Source: Thermoanaerobaculia bacterium (lineage in GTDB: Bacteria > Acidobacteriota > Thermoanaerobaculia > Gp7-AA8). From it: a stretch of DNA of 64,000 nucleotides. The DNA lies in the NCBI GenBank assembly GCA_963719365.1, contig OY970380.1:3005885-3069884 (forward strand), in the 5' to 3' direction. A model generated the notes under the pieces. That model searched no databases, had not been told where the DNA came from, and saw only the letters and a program-made list of their open reading frames with translations. This document shows, one piece after another, positions 37,603 through 46,827 of this stretch (positions are counted from its first letter, which is position 1; the number at the start of each line of letters is the position of its first letter). Both the position numbers and the translations under genes were made by a program.

Positions 37603-37830
37603 GGGTTGGGTTGTGGGTTACTTGGTTGCCCGGTTGCCGGGTTGCCGGGTTGCCTGGTTGCCTGGTTGCCTGGTTGCCCGTTGCCTGGTTGCCGGTTGGC
37701 CGTCTGAATTGAACGTTCTTCAATATGGCCTGGATTCTTGAAGCTCCCAAACGAATCCGTTCGCCCGGCAACCCGGGCAACCCGGGCAACCTGGCAACCT
37801 GGCAACCCAACAACCAGCCAACCCAGCAAC
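37603..37830. repeat. large palindromic element built from 8-9-nt GGTTGCC/GGCAACC tandem units
   Basis: The left arm has seven GGTTGCC units at an exact 8-nt period (37624-37678), an eighth perfect copy at 37687, and degenerate copies. The right arm has five GGCAACC copies (37767-37807) plus degenerate ones. A 60-nt spacer carries two further small inverted repeats. The element lies between divergent gene starts. Confidence 0.85.
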
Positions 37831-37864
37831 TCAGTACCAAATCGCGATAGCATCTAACTTCACC

Positions 37865-39154
37865 GTGTCGAAGAATGTGATCATCGTTGGCGGCGGTCTG
37901 GCTGGACTCTCGGCTGCCGTCTATCTCGCCCGCGCCGGACGGACCGTCACGATCTTCGAGCGCCGCCGCTACCTCGGCGGACGCGCAGTGACTCATCTTC
38001 GCCACGGCTACCGTTTCAACCTCGGGCCTCACGCCTTCTTCCGCGCCGGTCACGGTTGGAACGTCCTGCGCGAGCTCGGCATCCCCGTCCGCGGCGGCGT
38101 GCCCAAAGTCCGCGGCGTGGCTATGCTGGGCACGCAGCGCTTCAAGTTTCCCGGAAGCTTCCTGTCGATCCTGACGACGTCGCTCTTCGGACTCAAAGCG
38201 AAGATGCAGATGCTGATGCTCCTTCTGCGCATTCGCGGCATCGACCCGAAGCCGTACGCGTCGATGACCGTGCGCGAGTGGATCGATGCGAACGCGTCCG
38301 ACGAGCGCGTGCGGCTCCTGCTCGAAGCGCTCTTCCGGCTGGCCACCTACAGCAACCGCCCCGATCTTCAGAGCGCCGCTTCCGCTCTTGCGCAATTGCG
38401 TCTTTCGATTCGCGGCGTCGTCTACATCGACGAAGGCTGGCAGAAGATCGTCGATTCACTTCACAGCGCCGCGGTGGCCTCGGGCGTGAATTTCGTGACC
38501 AGCTCCCGCGTCGTCAGCGTCGAACACGAAGGCGGCGCCGTGCGAGGCGTGGAGCTCGGCGGACTGGAAGTCGAGGACCGCAAAGACACGATGTCGCTGG
38601 TCATGCCGGACATGTCCGATCCCGACAAGGGAACGCGCATCCCCGCCGATACCGTCCTCCTAGCCGTCGATCCATCCACCGCCCGCGAGCTCGTTCGCGA
38701 TGTCGATTGGCCGGAAACAACCGCTGTTGTGATGTCATCGCTGGACATCGCCCTGTCCAAACTGCCGCAGCCGCACAGCACCTTCGCCCTCGGCCTCGAC
38801 AAGCCGCACTACTTTTCCGTGCACTCAGCGTGGGCGCAGTTGACGCCGAAGGGTGGCGCGCTGCTTCACGTTGGTCACTACGGCGACGGCGGGTCGGAAG
38901 CAGAGTTGGAATCGATCGTCGATGAGTTGCAGCCGGGCTGGCGCGATCTCGTCGTACATCGCCGTTTTCTTCCAGCGATGACGGTCTCGAACGCGCTCGT
39001 GCAACCGGATGGCGTCACGACGCGAATGAAAGCGGTCACTCCGGTGCGTGGCCTATACGTCGCCGGCGATTGGGTCGATGAAGGCGGCATCCTTTCGGAC
39101 GCCGCCTTTGCCAGCGCGCGCGCCGCCGCGAAAGCAATCCTCGCGGCCGGCTGA
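37865..39154 (+). CDS. FAD-dependent oxidoreductase (phytoene desaturase/amine oxidase superfamily)
   Basis: 429 aa with an N-terminal dinucleotide-binding motif VIIVGGGLAGLSAAVYLARAGRTVTIFERRRYLGGRA. Confidence 0.8.
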   Translation: MSKNVIIVGGGLAGLSAAVYLARAGRTVTIFERRRYLGGRAVTHLRHGYRFNLGPHAFFRAGHGWNVLRELGIPVRGGVPKVRGVAMLGTQRFKFPGSFLSILTTSLFGLKAKMQMLMLLLRIRGIDPKPYASMTVREWIDANASDERVRLLLEALFRLATYSNRPDLQSAASALAQLRLSIRGVVYIDEGWQKIVDSLHSAAVASGVNFVTSSRVVSVEHEGGAVRGVELGGLEVEDRKDTMSLVMPDMSDPDKGTRIPADTVLLAVDPSTARELVRDVDWPETTAVVMSSLDIALSKLPQPHSTFALGLDKPHYFSVHSAWAQLTPKGGALLHVGHYGDGGSEAELESIVDELQPGWRDLVVHRRFLPAMTVSNALVQPDGVTTRMKAVTPVRGLYVAGDWVDEGGILSDAAFASARAAAKAILAAG

Positions 39155-39165
39155 GTTACATTTTG

Positions 39166-40146
39166 CTAACGCTCAAGCCGGATGTCGCCGCCGGAGCTGC
39201 GGAGCACGAGCTTCGGTCCGCCGCCGTTCAGTTTCCCGTTCAACGATGAGTCGTCCTGCTTGCCCTGAATCGTGACCGGAACATCCGAGGCGACGTCGCC
39301 CCCGCTCGTGTGCGCATCGATGTCCAGCGCAACGTTCGGCGCGACGTGGATCGTGATTCCGCCACCCGAGGTCGAGAACCGCGAGTCTGCGTGCGGCTGA
39401 CGCGAAAGGTGCGCTTTGATCGAGCCGCCCGAGGTGGAGGCATCGACGGCACCGCCAGCGTCGCCGATCTCGATCGATCCGCCAGACGTATGCGCCTTCA
39501 GATCGGCGGAAGCGCGGCGGATGTCGATCGAGCCACCCGAGGTCTTGGCGATCAGCGAGCCGGCAGCGTCGCCAACTTTGATGTCGCCGCCTGATGTGGA
39601 GAGCGTTGCGGCCGCGTGGGAGCTGGCCATGGAAACGTCGCCGCCCGATGTGTACGCGTCGACGAGACCGTCGATTCTGCCGAGGGCGACATCGCCGCCA
39701 GAGGTACGGACTTTGGCGCGGCCGGCCAGATCGGAGACGGCGATGTCGCCGCCCGACGTCGTCAGATCGACGTTGTACTGCGCGGGAACATTGACGACGA
39801 AGCGCACTTCCAGATCGTTGTTCCAATGAAACCAGGAGGTCGGATGGTTGTAACGCGCGTGGATGTGAACGTCGTTCTGTGCCTGCGAGAACTGGACGTC
39901 GAGATCTTTGAATAGTTCGTTCGCCCGCTCGCTATTCGACGTCTTCGCGCGGCGGATGACATCGACGCTGACGTTGCTCGCGCCCGAGGTGACTTTGATG
40001 TCGCCAAGATCGGCGTCGATGGTGATGGTGCCGCCGGCGTGAACGTTGAAGTTGCGGTGAATGGGACTGTCGATCGCAGCGTGCGCGGCGGAGATCGACG
40101 CCAGCCCAATCACAGCCGCGAGCGCTGCAGTGCGAATGCGCGTCAT
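39166..40146 (-). CDS. DUF4097-family beta-strand-repeat protein (putative adhesin)
   Basis: 326 aa with a signal peptide and more than 10 repeats of TSGGDI/TSGGSI. Confidence 0.8.
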   Translation of the reverse strand: MTRIRTAALAAVIGLASISAAHAAIDSPIHRNFNVHAGGTITIDADLGDIKVTSGASNVSVDVIRRAKTSNSERANELFKDLDVQFSQAQNDVHIHARYNHPTSWFHWNNDLEVRFVVNVPAQYNVDLTTSGGDIAVSDLAGRAKVRTSGGDVALGRIDGLVDAYTSGGDVSMASSHAAATLSTSGGDIKVGDAAGSLIAKTSGGSIDIRRASADLKAHTSGGSIEIGDAGGAVDASTSGGSIKAHLSRQPHADSRFSTSGGGITIHVAPNVALDIDAHTSGGDVASDVPVTIQGKQDDSSLNGKLNGGGPKLVLRSSGGDIRLER

Positions 40147-40206
40147 GGTGTTGCCTCCTGTGCCGGGTAAGTACGCTGGAGGAGGCGAAAGGTTAGCAGC
40201 GGGGTG

Positions 40207-40719
40207 TCAGGTGTTCTTCAATAGCGAGGGGCAGACTTGATGCTGGGGATCCCACCAGAGAACCTGAAGCACGGCCCCTTGACGAAAGCCCCATATCCTC
40301 TCCGTTCCAGTCAAGTGCAGGGAGATCACCTCGTCTACGTCGAAGAGATTGAGTGACGAAAGGTGATTCTGAGCCTCGTTACTGATTCGAGAAACGGAGA
40401 CTGAGTGGTTGCGCTTCTTCGCGGTCACGAGGATGCCGTTCCACGTCATCGATTCGAAGTTGGCCAGCTTTGCGCGAATTTCCAGCAGCTTGGCGGGGGC
40501 AATCTCGCGCCAACCGTGCGGACTGACCAGTTTCAATCTGGCGACGCGCCATGAAGGCGAAAGGTGATTGGTGCTCGGGTCAGCCGCGACAATCGGAACG
40601 TTCCCTAACCTGGGCTCCATCCCGGTGAGTGGCCGCTTCGCGATGTTCGGTTGCGCAGCCGCCTTGGGACGTTTGTCTCCGATTTGCCAAAGCTGCCTAC
40701 GATCGAGTGAGGCTGCCAT
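40207..40719 (-). CDS. unrecognised protein, candidate toxin partner of the Panacea-domain antitoxin
   Basis: About 170 aa from ATG 40719, which has a GGAG 4 nt upstream and overlaps the upstream gene by 23 nt. ATG 40620 is an alternative start. The C-terminus reads ...ERIWGFRQGAVLQVLWWDPQHQVCP. I recognise no family. Confidence 0.5.
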   Translation of the reverse strand: MAASLDRRQLWQIGDKRPKAAAQPNIAKRPLTGMEPRLGNVPIVAADPSTNHLSPSWRVARLKLVSPHGWREIAPAKLLEIRAKLANFESMTWNGILVTAKKRNHSVSVSRISNEAQNHLSSLNLFDVDEVISLHLTGTERIWGFRQGAVLQVLWWDPQHQVCPSLLKNT

Positions 40720-41134
40720 AGTACTCCGCCATGGCCGCGGGCGTGATCTCGCTGTTTCCGCGTTCCGTGGGAGCAAGACCGCGTCGCGCATCTCGCCACG
40801 GCAGCTCGGCGTGAGTCAGATCGCTCAGCCACTGCGTGCTCTTGTCCCCGTAGAATTCGAGAACAGCGTCGACCGTCTCACGCTGCAATGCGGTGAGGTT
40901 ATCGGGATTGCCTCGGGGCCATTCCTTGAGATCAAACATGCCACGATGAACCGCGTAAAGATGCGGCAGCACCGGACCATTGATCCACGCCTCAATCCGG
41001 TCATGGAACAATGGTTTCTCATCCCACACGAGTGACCAGGCCTGCGAGTAGTAAACAAGCTTTTGCAGCTTCATCGCGGTCATCCGTCCCTGCTTCTTCA
41101 GAATGTAGTTTGCGATGTCGTGTGCGTTGGCCAT
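40697..41134 (-). CDS. Panacea-domain (DUF4065, SocA/GepA-like) protein, putative type II antitoxin
   Basis: 145 aa. MANAHDIANYILKK...MTAMKLQKLVYYSQAWSLVWDEKPLFHDRIEAWINGPVLPHLY matches the DUF4065 consensus. Confidence 0.8.
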   Translation of the reverse strand: MANAHDIANYILKKQGRMTAMKLQKLVYYSQAWSLVWDEKPLFHDRIEAWINGPVLPHLYAVHRGMFDLKEWPRGNPDNLTALQRETVDAVLEFYGDKSTQWLSDLTHAELPWRDARRGLAPTERGNSEITPAAMAEYYGSLTRS

Positions 41135-41261
41135 GGTCGGTCCTCGCGCCGCAGTGGTCCGGCGATGCTTGTCTAACTACGATTCTGCCACGGCTATGCC
41201 GGCGCAAGGTAAATGTCTACGTGCCGTGGAATCGCAGGCGCGTCGAAAACTGAACCAAGTC

Positions 41262-41717
41262 CTACTTCACGCGCTCCCGCTTGATCGCGATCGGTGAGAC
41301 CTGGCTGGAGATGTTGAGCCATCCTTCGTCGGTCTTGATCCAGACGTCGTTGTAACGGAGCTCGGCGATGACTCGTTCGTTCGCTTCTTTGTAGCGTTGA
41401 ACGATGCGGCCGGTAATGATGGCGGTGCTGCCGTGAGCGCGGATGTGGGCGTCGCTCGCTTCGTAAGGCTCGATGTAAGGTCCGCGCTTCTTCATCGATT
41501 CGACCAACTCTGCTTTGGTCTGCAGCTCGCCGGTGCTGGTGATGCGAACGTAGTCGTCGGAGAGATGGACGCGGAACCAGTCCGCGTCCGCCATGTACGT
41601 GGCGATGGCCATCTCGCGGTCGAGTTTTCGCAATGCCTGCTCATCGCTGGCGAAATTCGCGGCAGTCACCGATGCCGCGATGACGGCGAAGCAGAGCGAG
41701 AGGATGGCTGTTTTCAC
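41262..41717 (-). CDS. secreted NTF2-like (DUF4440/SnoaL-like) protein
   Basis: 151 aa with a signal peptide. The pattern ...DDYVRITSTGELQTKAELVE...NDVWIKTDEGW is typical of DUF4440. Confidence 0.65.
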   Translation of the reverse strand: MKTAILSLCFAVIAASVTAANFASDEQALRKLDREMAIATYMADADWFRVHLSDDYVRITSTGELQTKAELVESMKKRGPYIEPYEASDAHIRAHGSTAIITGRIVQRYKEANERVIAELRYNDVWIKTDEGWLNISSQVSPIAIKRERVK

Positions 41718-41740
41718 GGCGTTATTCTGTCACGTAGACT

Positions 41741-42403
41741 GTGGCGATGATCGCCATCGCCGCTGCCACGATCCTGCTCGCCATGAAGATCAAACCGTCT
41801 CCTGCGCGGGTCCTTGCGCTCGGCGACTCGTACACGATCGGTGAGAGTGTGGCCGTTGCCGACCGCTGGCCGAATCAGCTCGCGCAGGCGTTACGCGCGA
41901 AGGGGCTGTCGATCGGCGAGCCGGAGATCGTCGCCAAAACCGGCTGGACGACGGACCGGCTCTTGTCAGGAATCGACGCCGCGAAACCGCTTGGGCCTTA
42001 TTCGCTCGTAACGCTGATGATCGGCGTCAACGACCAGTACTGGGACCGCGACAGGGATCGATACCGGGCCGGATTCGTCGAGCTGTTGCATCGCGCGATC
42101 AGCTACGCGGGCGGAAACGCCAAACACGTTGTCGTCGTCTCGATCCCCGATTGGAGCGTGACGCCCTTCGCGGTTGACCGCGACCGGGCAAAAATCGCTG
42201 CGCAGATCGATCGTTTCAATGCTGTGGCGCGCGAAGAGACCGCATTCGCCGGCGCGCATTACGCCGATGTAACGCCAATCTCCCGCCGCGCGGCCACCGA
42301 CGCCACGCTCATCGCGCCCGACGGCCTGCATCCCAGCGCGAAGATGTACGCGCAATGGATCACCGTCATCGAGCCGGCGGCGAGGCAGGCGCTCGCTCAC
42401 TAA
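41741..42403 (+). CDS. SGNH/GDSL hydrolase family protein
   Basis: Block I LALGDSYT, block III IGVNDQ and block V DGLHPS are present. Confidence 0.85.
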   Translation: MAMIAIAAATILLAMKIKPSPARVLALGDSYTIGESVAVADRWPNQLAQALRAKGLSIGEPEIVAKTGWTTDRLLSGIDAAKPLGPYSLVTLMIGVNDQYWDRDRDRYRAGFVELLHRAISYAGGNAKHVVVVSIPDWSVTPFAVDRDRAKIAAQIDRFNAVAREETAFAGAHYADVTPISRRAATDATLIAPDGLHPSAKMYAQWITVIEPAARQALAH

Positions 42404-42743
42404 TCGCGGCCGCCGTACCAATGCTCGAGCTCCGAGGCCGCGCGCCGGAGGCCGCGCATGTCTTCATCTGCGAGGATTGCGCGCAGCTCCTGATCCGCTG
42501 CCTTCACTGCATCCCGCACGAAACCCTCGTGATTGATTCTACGAGACGTAGAAACCGGCAATTTCCTGTCAAGAGAAACTTTCACTTTTCAACAGGCCGG
42601 GTCATCGCTCTGCTAACGTCGGCTCGCTTCCCCAGTCGATGGCACTTGCCGTCCTGTGGAAAAGATGTGGAGGGACTGTTTAGCGATTGTGGGCATCGCG
42701 GCGTGACGACAAACCGGCCCCACACTGCGCGTCCCAAAGTCCA

Positions 42744-45179
42744 ATGTCTGTTGCCCAACTCGACGTCGCGCTCGACCGGCCGATGCCGCAGTCTCCTGAT
42801 GCGGAGCGTGCGGTACTCGGATCGATTCTGATCAACAACCATGCGTTTTACCGCGTGGTGGGAACGATCAACACGGAGGATTTTTTTCGCGACGCGCACC
42901 GCACGATATTCGCCACGATGCGGCGCCTGGCCGAGCAGTCGCGCGAGATCGATCCGCTCACGCTGCGCGAGGAGTTGTCGAAGAATGCGCAGCTCGAACA
43001 GGTCGGCGGATCCGCGTACGTCGCATCGCTCGTCGACGGCATCCCGGACATTGCCAATGTCGAACGGTATGCGCGCATCGTGAAAGAAAAGTCGACGTTG
43101 CGCCGGCTGATCGTAATGGGCAATTCCGTGATGCGCGCCGCGCTCGATGCGCCGAGCGAGCCGGCCGATGTCCTCAACATCGCCGAAAAGTCGATTTACG
43201 AGATTGCTGAAGGATCGATCGAGAAAGGATTCGTCGCGCTCGATCGGATCACGCGCACCAACATGACCGCGATCGAGCAACTGCAACACGCCGGAAAACT
43301 GCTGACCGGCATCCCCACCGGCTACGACCGCTTCAACGAATTCACGTCCGGATTTCAGAATCAGGATCTGATCATCATCGCGGCAAGACCGTCGATGGGG
43401 AAAGCGCAGCCGCTCGACGCAAAGGTTCTCACGCGACGCGGCTTTGTCTGCATGGGCTCTCTCCGCATCGGCGACGAGCTCGCGTCAATCGATGGTGCGG
43501 ATTCCCGCGTTGTCGGAATCTTTCCGCAAGGCGAACGTCAGCTCTATCGTGTCGAGCTCTCGGACGGACGGAGCGCCGAATGCTGCCGCGAACATCTGTG
43601 GCGTGTCTGTTATCGCGGCTGGGATGCGCCGCGTGTCGTCTCGACCGAACGGCTGATGGAGTTGCTGCAGCGGAAGCGATACCAACGCCGGCTCTACATC
43701 GAAACGTTCTCCGGTGAATTCGGCAATGACGACGATTTGCCACTCGATCCCTGGCTGCTCGGGTTTCTGATCGGTGACGGCACAACACACGGAACGTCAG
43801 TGGGCTTTTCCACTGCCACGCCTGAGACTCTCGAAGAAGTTCGCCGCGTCGTTGGCCCGGCCTACGAAGTCAAATGGGGCAGCGCGTACGACTATCGCAT
43901 TATTCAGACGGGGCCGAAGACGCGCAGCCGCGGTTACCGTTTGCCGAATCCCTTGAAACAGGCTTTGGAGGCCCTCGGCATCTGGGGCTGTCGTGCCGAA
44001 GACAAGTTCATTCCGAAGAGGTACCTGGCAACGACGCTCGCCAGCCGCAAGCGGTTGTTAAAAGGACTCATCGACTCCGACGGATGGGTTGAAAAATGGG
44101 GCAGCATTCGCTTCGCGTCCTGCAGCGAACGACTGGCTCGCGATGTGGTCGAGTTGGTGCGATCGATGGGCGGAAGCGCGTCGTATTTCCCGAAAAAGAC
44201 ATTCTTCACCTATCGCGACGAGCGGCGCGACGGACGTCAGTCCTATGTCTGCAACATCCAACTCCCGAAGGATTTCGATCTTCAGCTCGTGACGGAGAAA
44301 GAGCAACGACGGACGCGCACGCGTCTCCGGCGGCTCAATGTCTGCTCGATCACCCCCAGCCGGTTTTCGCAAACGCAGTGCATCGCCGTCTCGCACCCGT
44401 CGCACCTTTACATTACGAACGACTACATCGCGACGCACAACACGTCGTTCATGATGAACATCGCCGAATCGATCGCCATCCCCGAGCGATCGGGCGGTCC
44501 GCGGCCACCGGCGCAACGGCTTTATTCGGTCGGCGTTTTCTCGCTCGAAATGTCGAAAGAGCAGATCGGCTTGCGCATTCTCTCGTCGGAGTCCGGCGTG
44601 TCGAACCATCTCATTCGCGCCGGCATGCTGAGCGAGCGTAACTGGCGCGATCTCGCCGATGCCTCGGCACGCCTGGCGAAGGCGAAGATCTTCATCGATG
44701 ACACGCCGGGCATGGACATCATGGAGATGCGGGCCAAAGCGCGGCGTCTCAAGATGGAAGCGGGCCTCGACATGATCATGGTCGATTACCTCCAGCTCAT
44801 GGCCGTGAAGGGGAAGACCGAATCGCGCAACCAGGAAATCTCGCAGATCTCGCGCGGGCTGAAGGCGATCGCGAAAGAGCTGAACGTGCCGCTCATCTCG
44901 CTCTCGCAGCTCTCGCGCCGGCCGGAGCAGCGCACGGGCGATCACCGGCCGCAGCTTTCCGACCTTCGTGAATCAGGATCGATCGAGCAGGACGCCGACG
45001 TCGTTTGTTTCATCTACCGCGACGAGGTCTACAACAAAGACACGGAAGAGAAGGGCATCGCCGAGATCATCATCGGCAAGCAGCGCAACGGCCCGATCGG
45101 CGACTTCAAGCTCGTCTTCCGAAACGACATCACGAAGTTCTTCAACTACGAGCCGACGCCCGACTACGGCCCGCAATAG
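42744..45179 (+). CDS. dnaB: replicative DNA helicase DnaB (intein-containing precursor)
   Basis: I chose the start at MSVAQLDVALDRPMPQSPDAERAVLGSIL. The Walker A motif ARPSMGK|...|TSF is interrupted. The C-terminal RecA-like domain motifs are intact (DYLQLM, SLSQLSR, SGSIEQDADVV). Confidence 0.92.
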   Translation: MSVAQLDVALDRPMPQSPDAERAVLGSILINNHAFYRVVGTINTEDFFRDAHRTIFATMRRLAEQSREIDPLTLREELSKNAQLEQVGGSAYVASLVDGIPDIANVERYARIVKEKSTLRRLIVMGNSVMRAALDAPSEPADVLNIAEKSIYEIAEGSIEKGFVALDRITRTNMTAIEQLQHAGKLLTGIPTGYDRFNEFTSGFQNQDLIIIAARPSMGKAQPLDAKVLTRRGFVCMGSLRIGDELASIDGADSRVVGIFPQGERQLYRVELSDGRSAECCREHLWRVCYRGWDAPRVVSTERLMELLQRKRYQRRLYIETFSGEFGNDDDLPLDPWLLGFLIGDGTTHGTSVGFSTATPETLEEVRRVVGPAYEVKWGSAYDYRIIQTGPKTRSRGYRLPNPLKQALEALGIWGCRAEDKFIPKRYLATTLASRKRLLKGLIDSDGWVEKWGSIRFASCSERLARDVVELVRSMGGSASYFPKKTFFTYRDERRDGRQSYVCNIQLPKDFDLQLVTEKEQRRTRTRLRRLNVCSITPSRFSQTQCIAVSHPSHLYITNDYIATHNTSFMMNIAESIAIPERSGGPRPPAQRLYSVGVFSLEMSKEQIGLRILSSESGVSNHLIRAGMLSERNWRDLADASARLAKAKIFIDDTPGMDIMEMRAKARRLKMEAGLDMIMVDYLQLMAVKGKTESRNQEISQISRGLKAIAKELNVPLISLSQLSRRPEQRTGDHRPQLSDLRESGSIEQDADVVCFIYRDEVYNKDTEEKGIAEIIIGKQRNGPIGDFKLVFRNDITKFFNYEPTPDYGPQ
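43404..44441 (+). mobile_element. intein (346 aa) with a LAGLIDADG homing endonuclease domain, inserted in the DnaB P-loop
   Basis: The intein starts with Ala (GK|AQPLDAKVLT) and ends ...IATHN|T. LAGLIDADG motifs LLGFLIGDG and LKGLIDSDG are present. Trp follows the block-B His by two residues (EHLW), a Cys sits in block F (TQCIAV) and Thr precedes HN. Confidence 0.85.
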
Positions 45180-45227
45180 TCGCAGTTCCGTTATCGCGCT
45201 ACTGTCAGGAAGAGTACGATCAGCGCT

Positions 45228-46496
45228 ATGAGACGCGTCCTCGTCGTTGCCGCACTCTTCGCCACCATCGCTCTTCGCGCCCGCGCGAACGTGCTGCGGC
45301 TCAACGTCAACGATACGATCCAGCCGATCAGCGATGAGTTCATCGGGCGGGCGCTCGATCAGGCCCAGCGCGAGCACGACGATGCGGTGATCCTCGTCAT
45401 CAGCACGCCGGGTGGTCTGCTCGACTCCACGCGCTCGATCGTCGAAAAGATCATGACCTCGCGCGTGCCGGTGATCGTTTTCGTCGCGCCGGCGGGGAGC
45501 CGCGCGGCATCGGCGGGATTCTTCATCCTCGAGGCGGCAGACATCGCCGCCATGGCTCCCGGCACGAACACCGGCGCTGCCCATCCGGTCCTCTTCGGCG
45601 AAAAGATGGACGAGATCATGAAGGTGAAGATGGAGAACGATGCCGCCGCCTTCATGCGCACGATCGCGGCGAAGCGCGGCCGGAACGTCGCGGTCGCGGA
45701 GAGCGCCGTGCGCGAGTCGAAGTCGTTCACGGAACAGGAAGCGCTGGCGCAGAAGCTGATCGATGTGATCGCGCCCAACGACCGCGCGCTGCTCATGGCG
45801 ATCAACGGCCGGACGCTCAAGCGTTACGACGGAACGATGACGACACTTCACCTGACGAACGAAAACATCAACACCGTGAAGATGTCGCTGCGTCAGAAGA
45901 TGATGTCCGCGCTGATGGATCCAAACTTCGCTTTCCTTCTGCTGGTCCTCGGCGGGCTGGCCATCTTCGCGGAGTTCAACCACCCGGGAGCGATTGCGCC
46001 TGGCGTCGTCGGCGTGATCGCGATCCTTCTGGCGCTGTTCGCGCTGAACCTGCTGCCGGTTCGCTACGCTTCGCTGGCGCTCTTGGTTGCGGCGTTCATT
46101 CTCTTCGCGCTCGAGGCCAAGTTCGCCAGCCACGGCGTCCTCGGCGCGGGCGGAATCGTCTGCATGGTCATCGGCGGACTCTTTCTCGTCGACGGACCGA
46201 TTCCGCAGATGCGCGTGAACATCCTCACCGCACTCGCCGTCAGCATCCCCATCGGCTTGATCGCCGTTTTCCTGACGACGCTCGTGTTACGCGCGCGGCA
46301 TGGCAGGGTGTCGACCGGCAGCGCCGGCATGATCGGCGAGATCGGCGTAGCCCGAACGTCAATCGGTACGGATGGAAAAGTCTTCGTTCACGGCGAGCTG
46401 TGGAACGCCGTGGCGAAGAGCGTGATCCCGGAAGGCTCGCGCGTCCGCGTGGCCGGAATCAACGGATTGCATCTGCTAGTCGAGCCGGCGGAGTAG
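45228..46496 (+). CDS. nfeD: NfeD-family membrane-bound ClpP-class serine protease
   Basis: 422 aa. It has a signal peptide, a ClpP-like domain (VISTPGGLLDS...AASAGFFI), TM helices and a C-terminal OB-fold region (KVFVHGELWNA). Confidence 0.85.
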   Translation: MRRVLVVAALFATIALRARANVLRLNVNDTIQPISDEFIGRALDQAQREHDDAVILVISTPGGLLDSTRSIVEKIMTSRVPVIVFVAPAGSRAASAGFFILEAADIAAMAPGTNTGAAHPVLFGEKMDEIMKVKMENDAAAFMRTIAAKRGRNVAVAESAVRESKSFTEQEALAQKLIDVIAPNDRALLMAINGRTLKRYDGTMTTLHLTNENINTVKMSLRQKMMSALMDPNFAFLLLVLGGLAIFAEFNHPGAIAPGVVGVIAILLALFALNLLPVRYASLALLVAAFILFALEAKFASHGVLGAGGIVCMVIGGLFLVDGPIPQMRVNILTALAVSIPIGLIAVFLTTLVLRARHGRVSTGSAGMIGEIGVARTSIGTDGKVFVHGELWNAVAKSVIPEGSRVRVAGINGLHLLVEPAE

Positions 46497-46827
46497 AGAA
46501 ACCGCAGGACACGACGGTACCGCCGATCTCGCTGTCGTTCGACGATGCAATTAAGGCTTTTCTAGGGACGCCACCGCCGAAGAAAACGAAGCGCTAATGA
46601 AAGCAACACTTAGGGCTGAGTGAGTTCCTTTGGCTTGACTCTCCCCTAGCTATCCTTTACTCTTTGCAATAGGTTAAGACAAACGAGTTCTTCGGGAGGG
46701 GTGTATCTTTCTGCCTTCGGGAGTAAACATCGTTGTTCACTGCGTTTCCGCAAGCGAGAGCGGCGAACGCGGTGCCCGCCTTCGGAGCAACATGCAAATG
46801 ACAAGCAACCGCTAGCGCTCCAATCAC

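Noticed and set aside
37347-38395. ORFs 37568-38395(-) and 37347-37853(-) across the GGTTGCC array
   Set aside because: Their translations are repeat read-through (GNQATGNQATRQPGNPATRQPGN). They overlap the well-supported FAD oxidoreductase gene on the other strand.
42400-42585. 61-aa ORF (-) between the SGNH hydrolase gene and dnaB
   Set aside because: It has a GTG start without any Shine-Dalgarno sequence, overlaps the convergent SGNH gene end, and has no recognisable motif. This is insufficient support to call a gene.
46497-46827. Riboswitch (e.g. ZTP/pfl or purine) in the 330-nt leader of the adenylosuccinate-lyase-like gene
   Set aside because: I could not find the conserved ZTP cores (ACUGGCG...GGGUGGA...CCGCCUGGGC) or the purine three-way-junction motifs. 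Only weak local hairpins are present. It remains an unexplained long leader, but there is no positive evidence.
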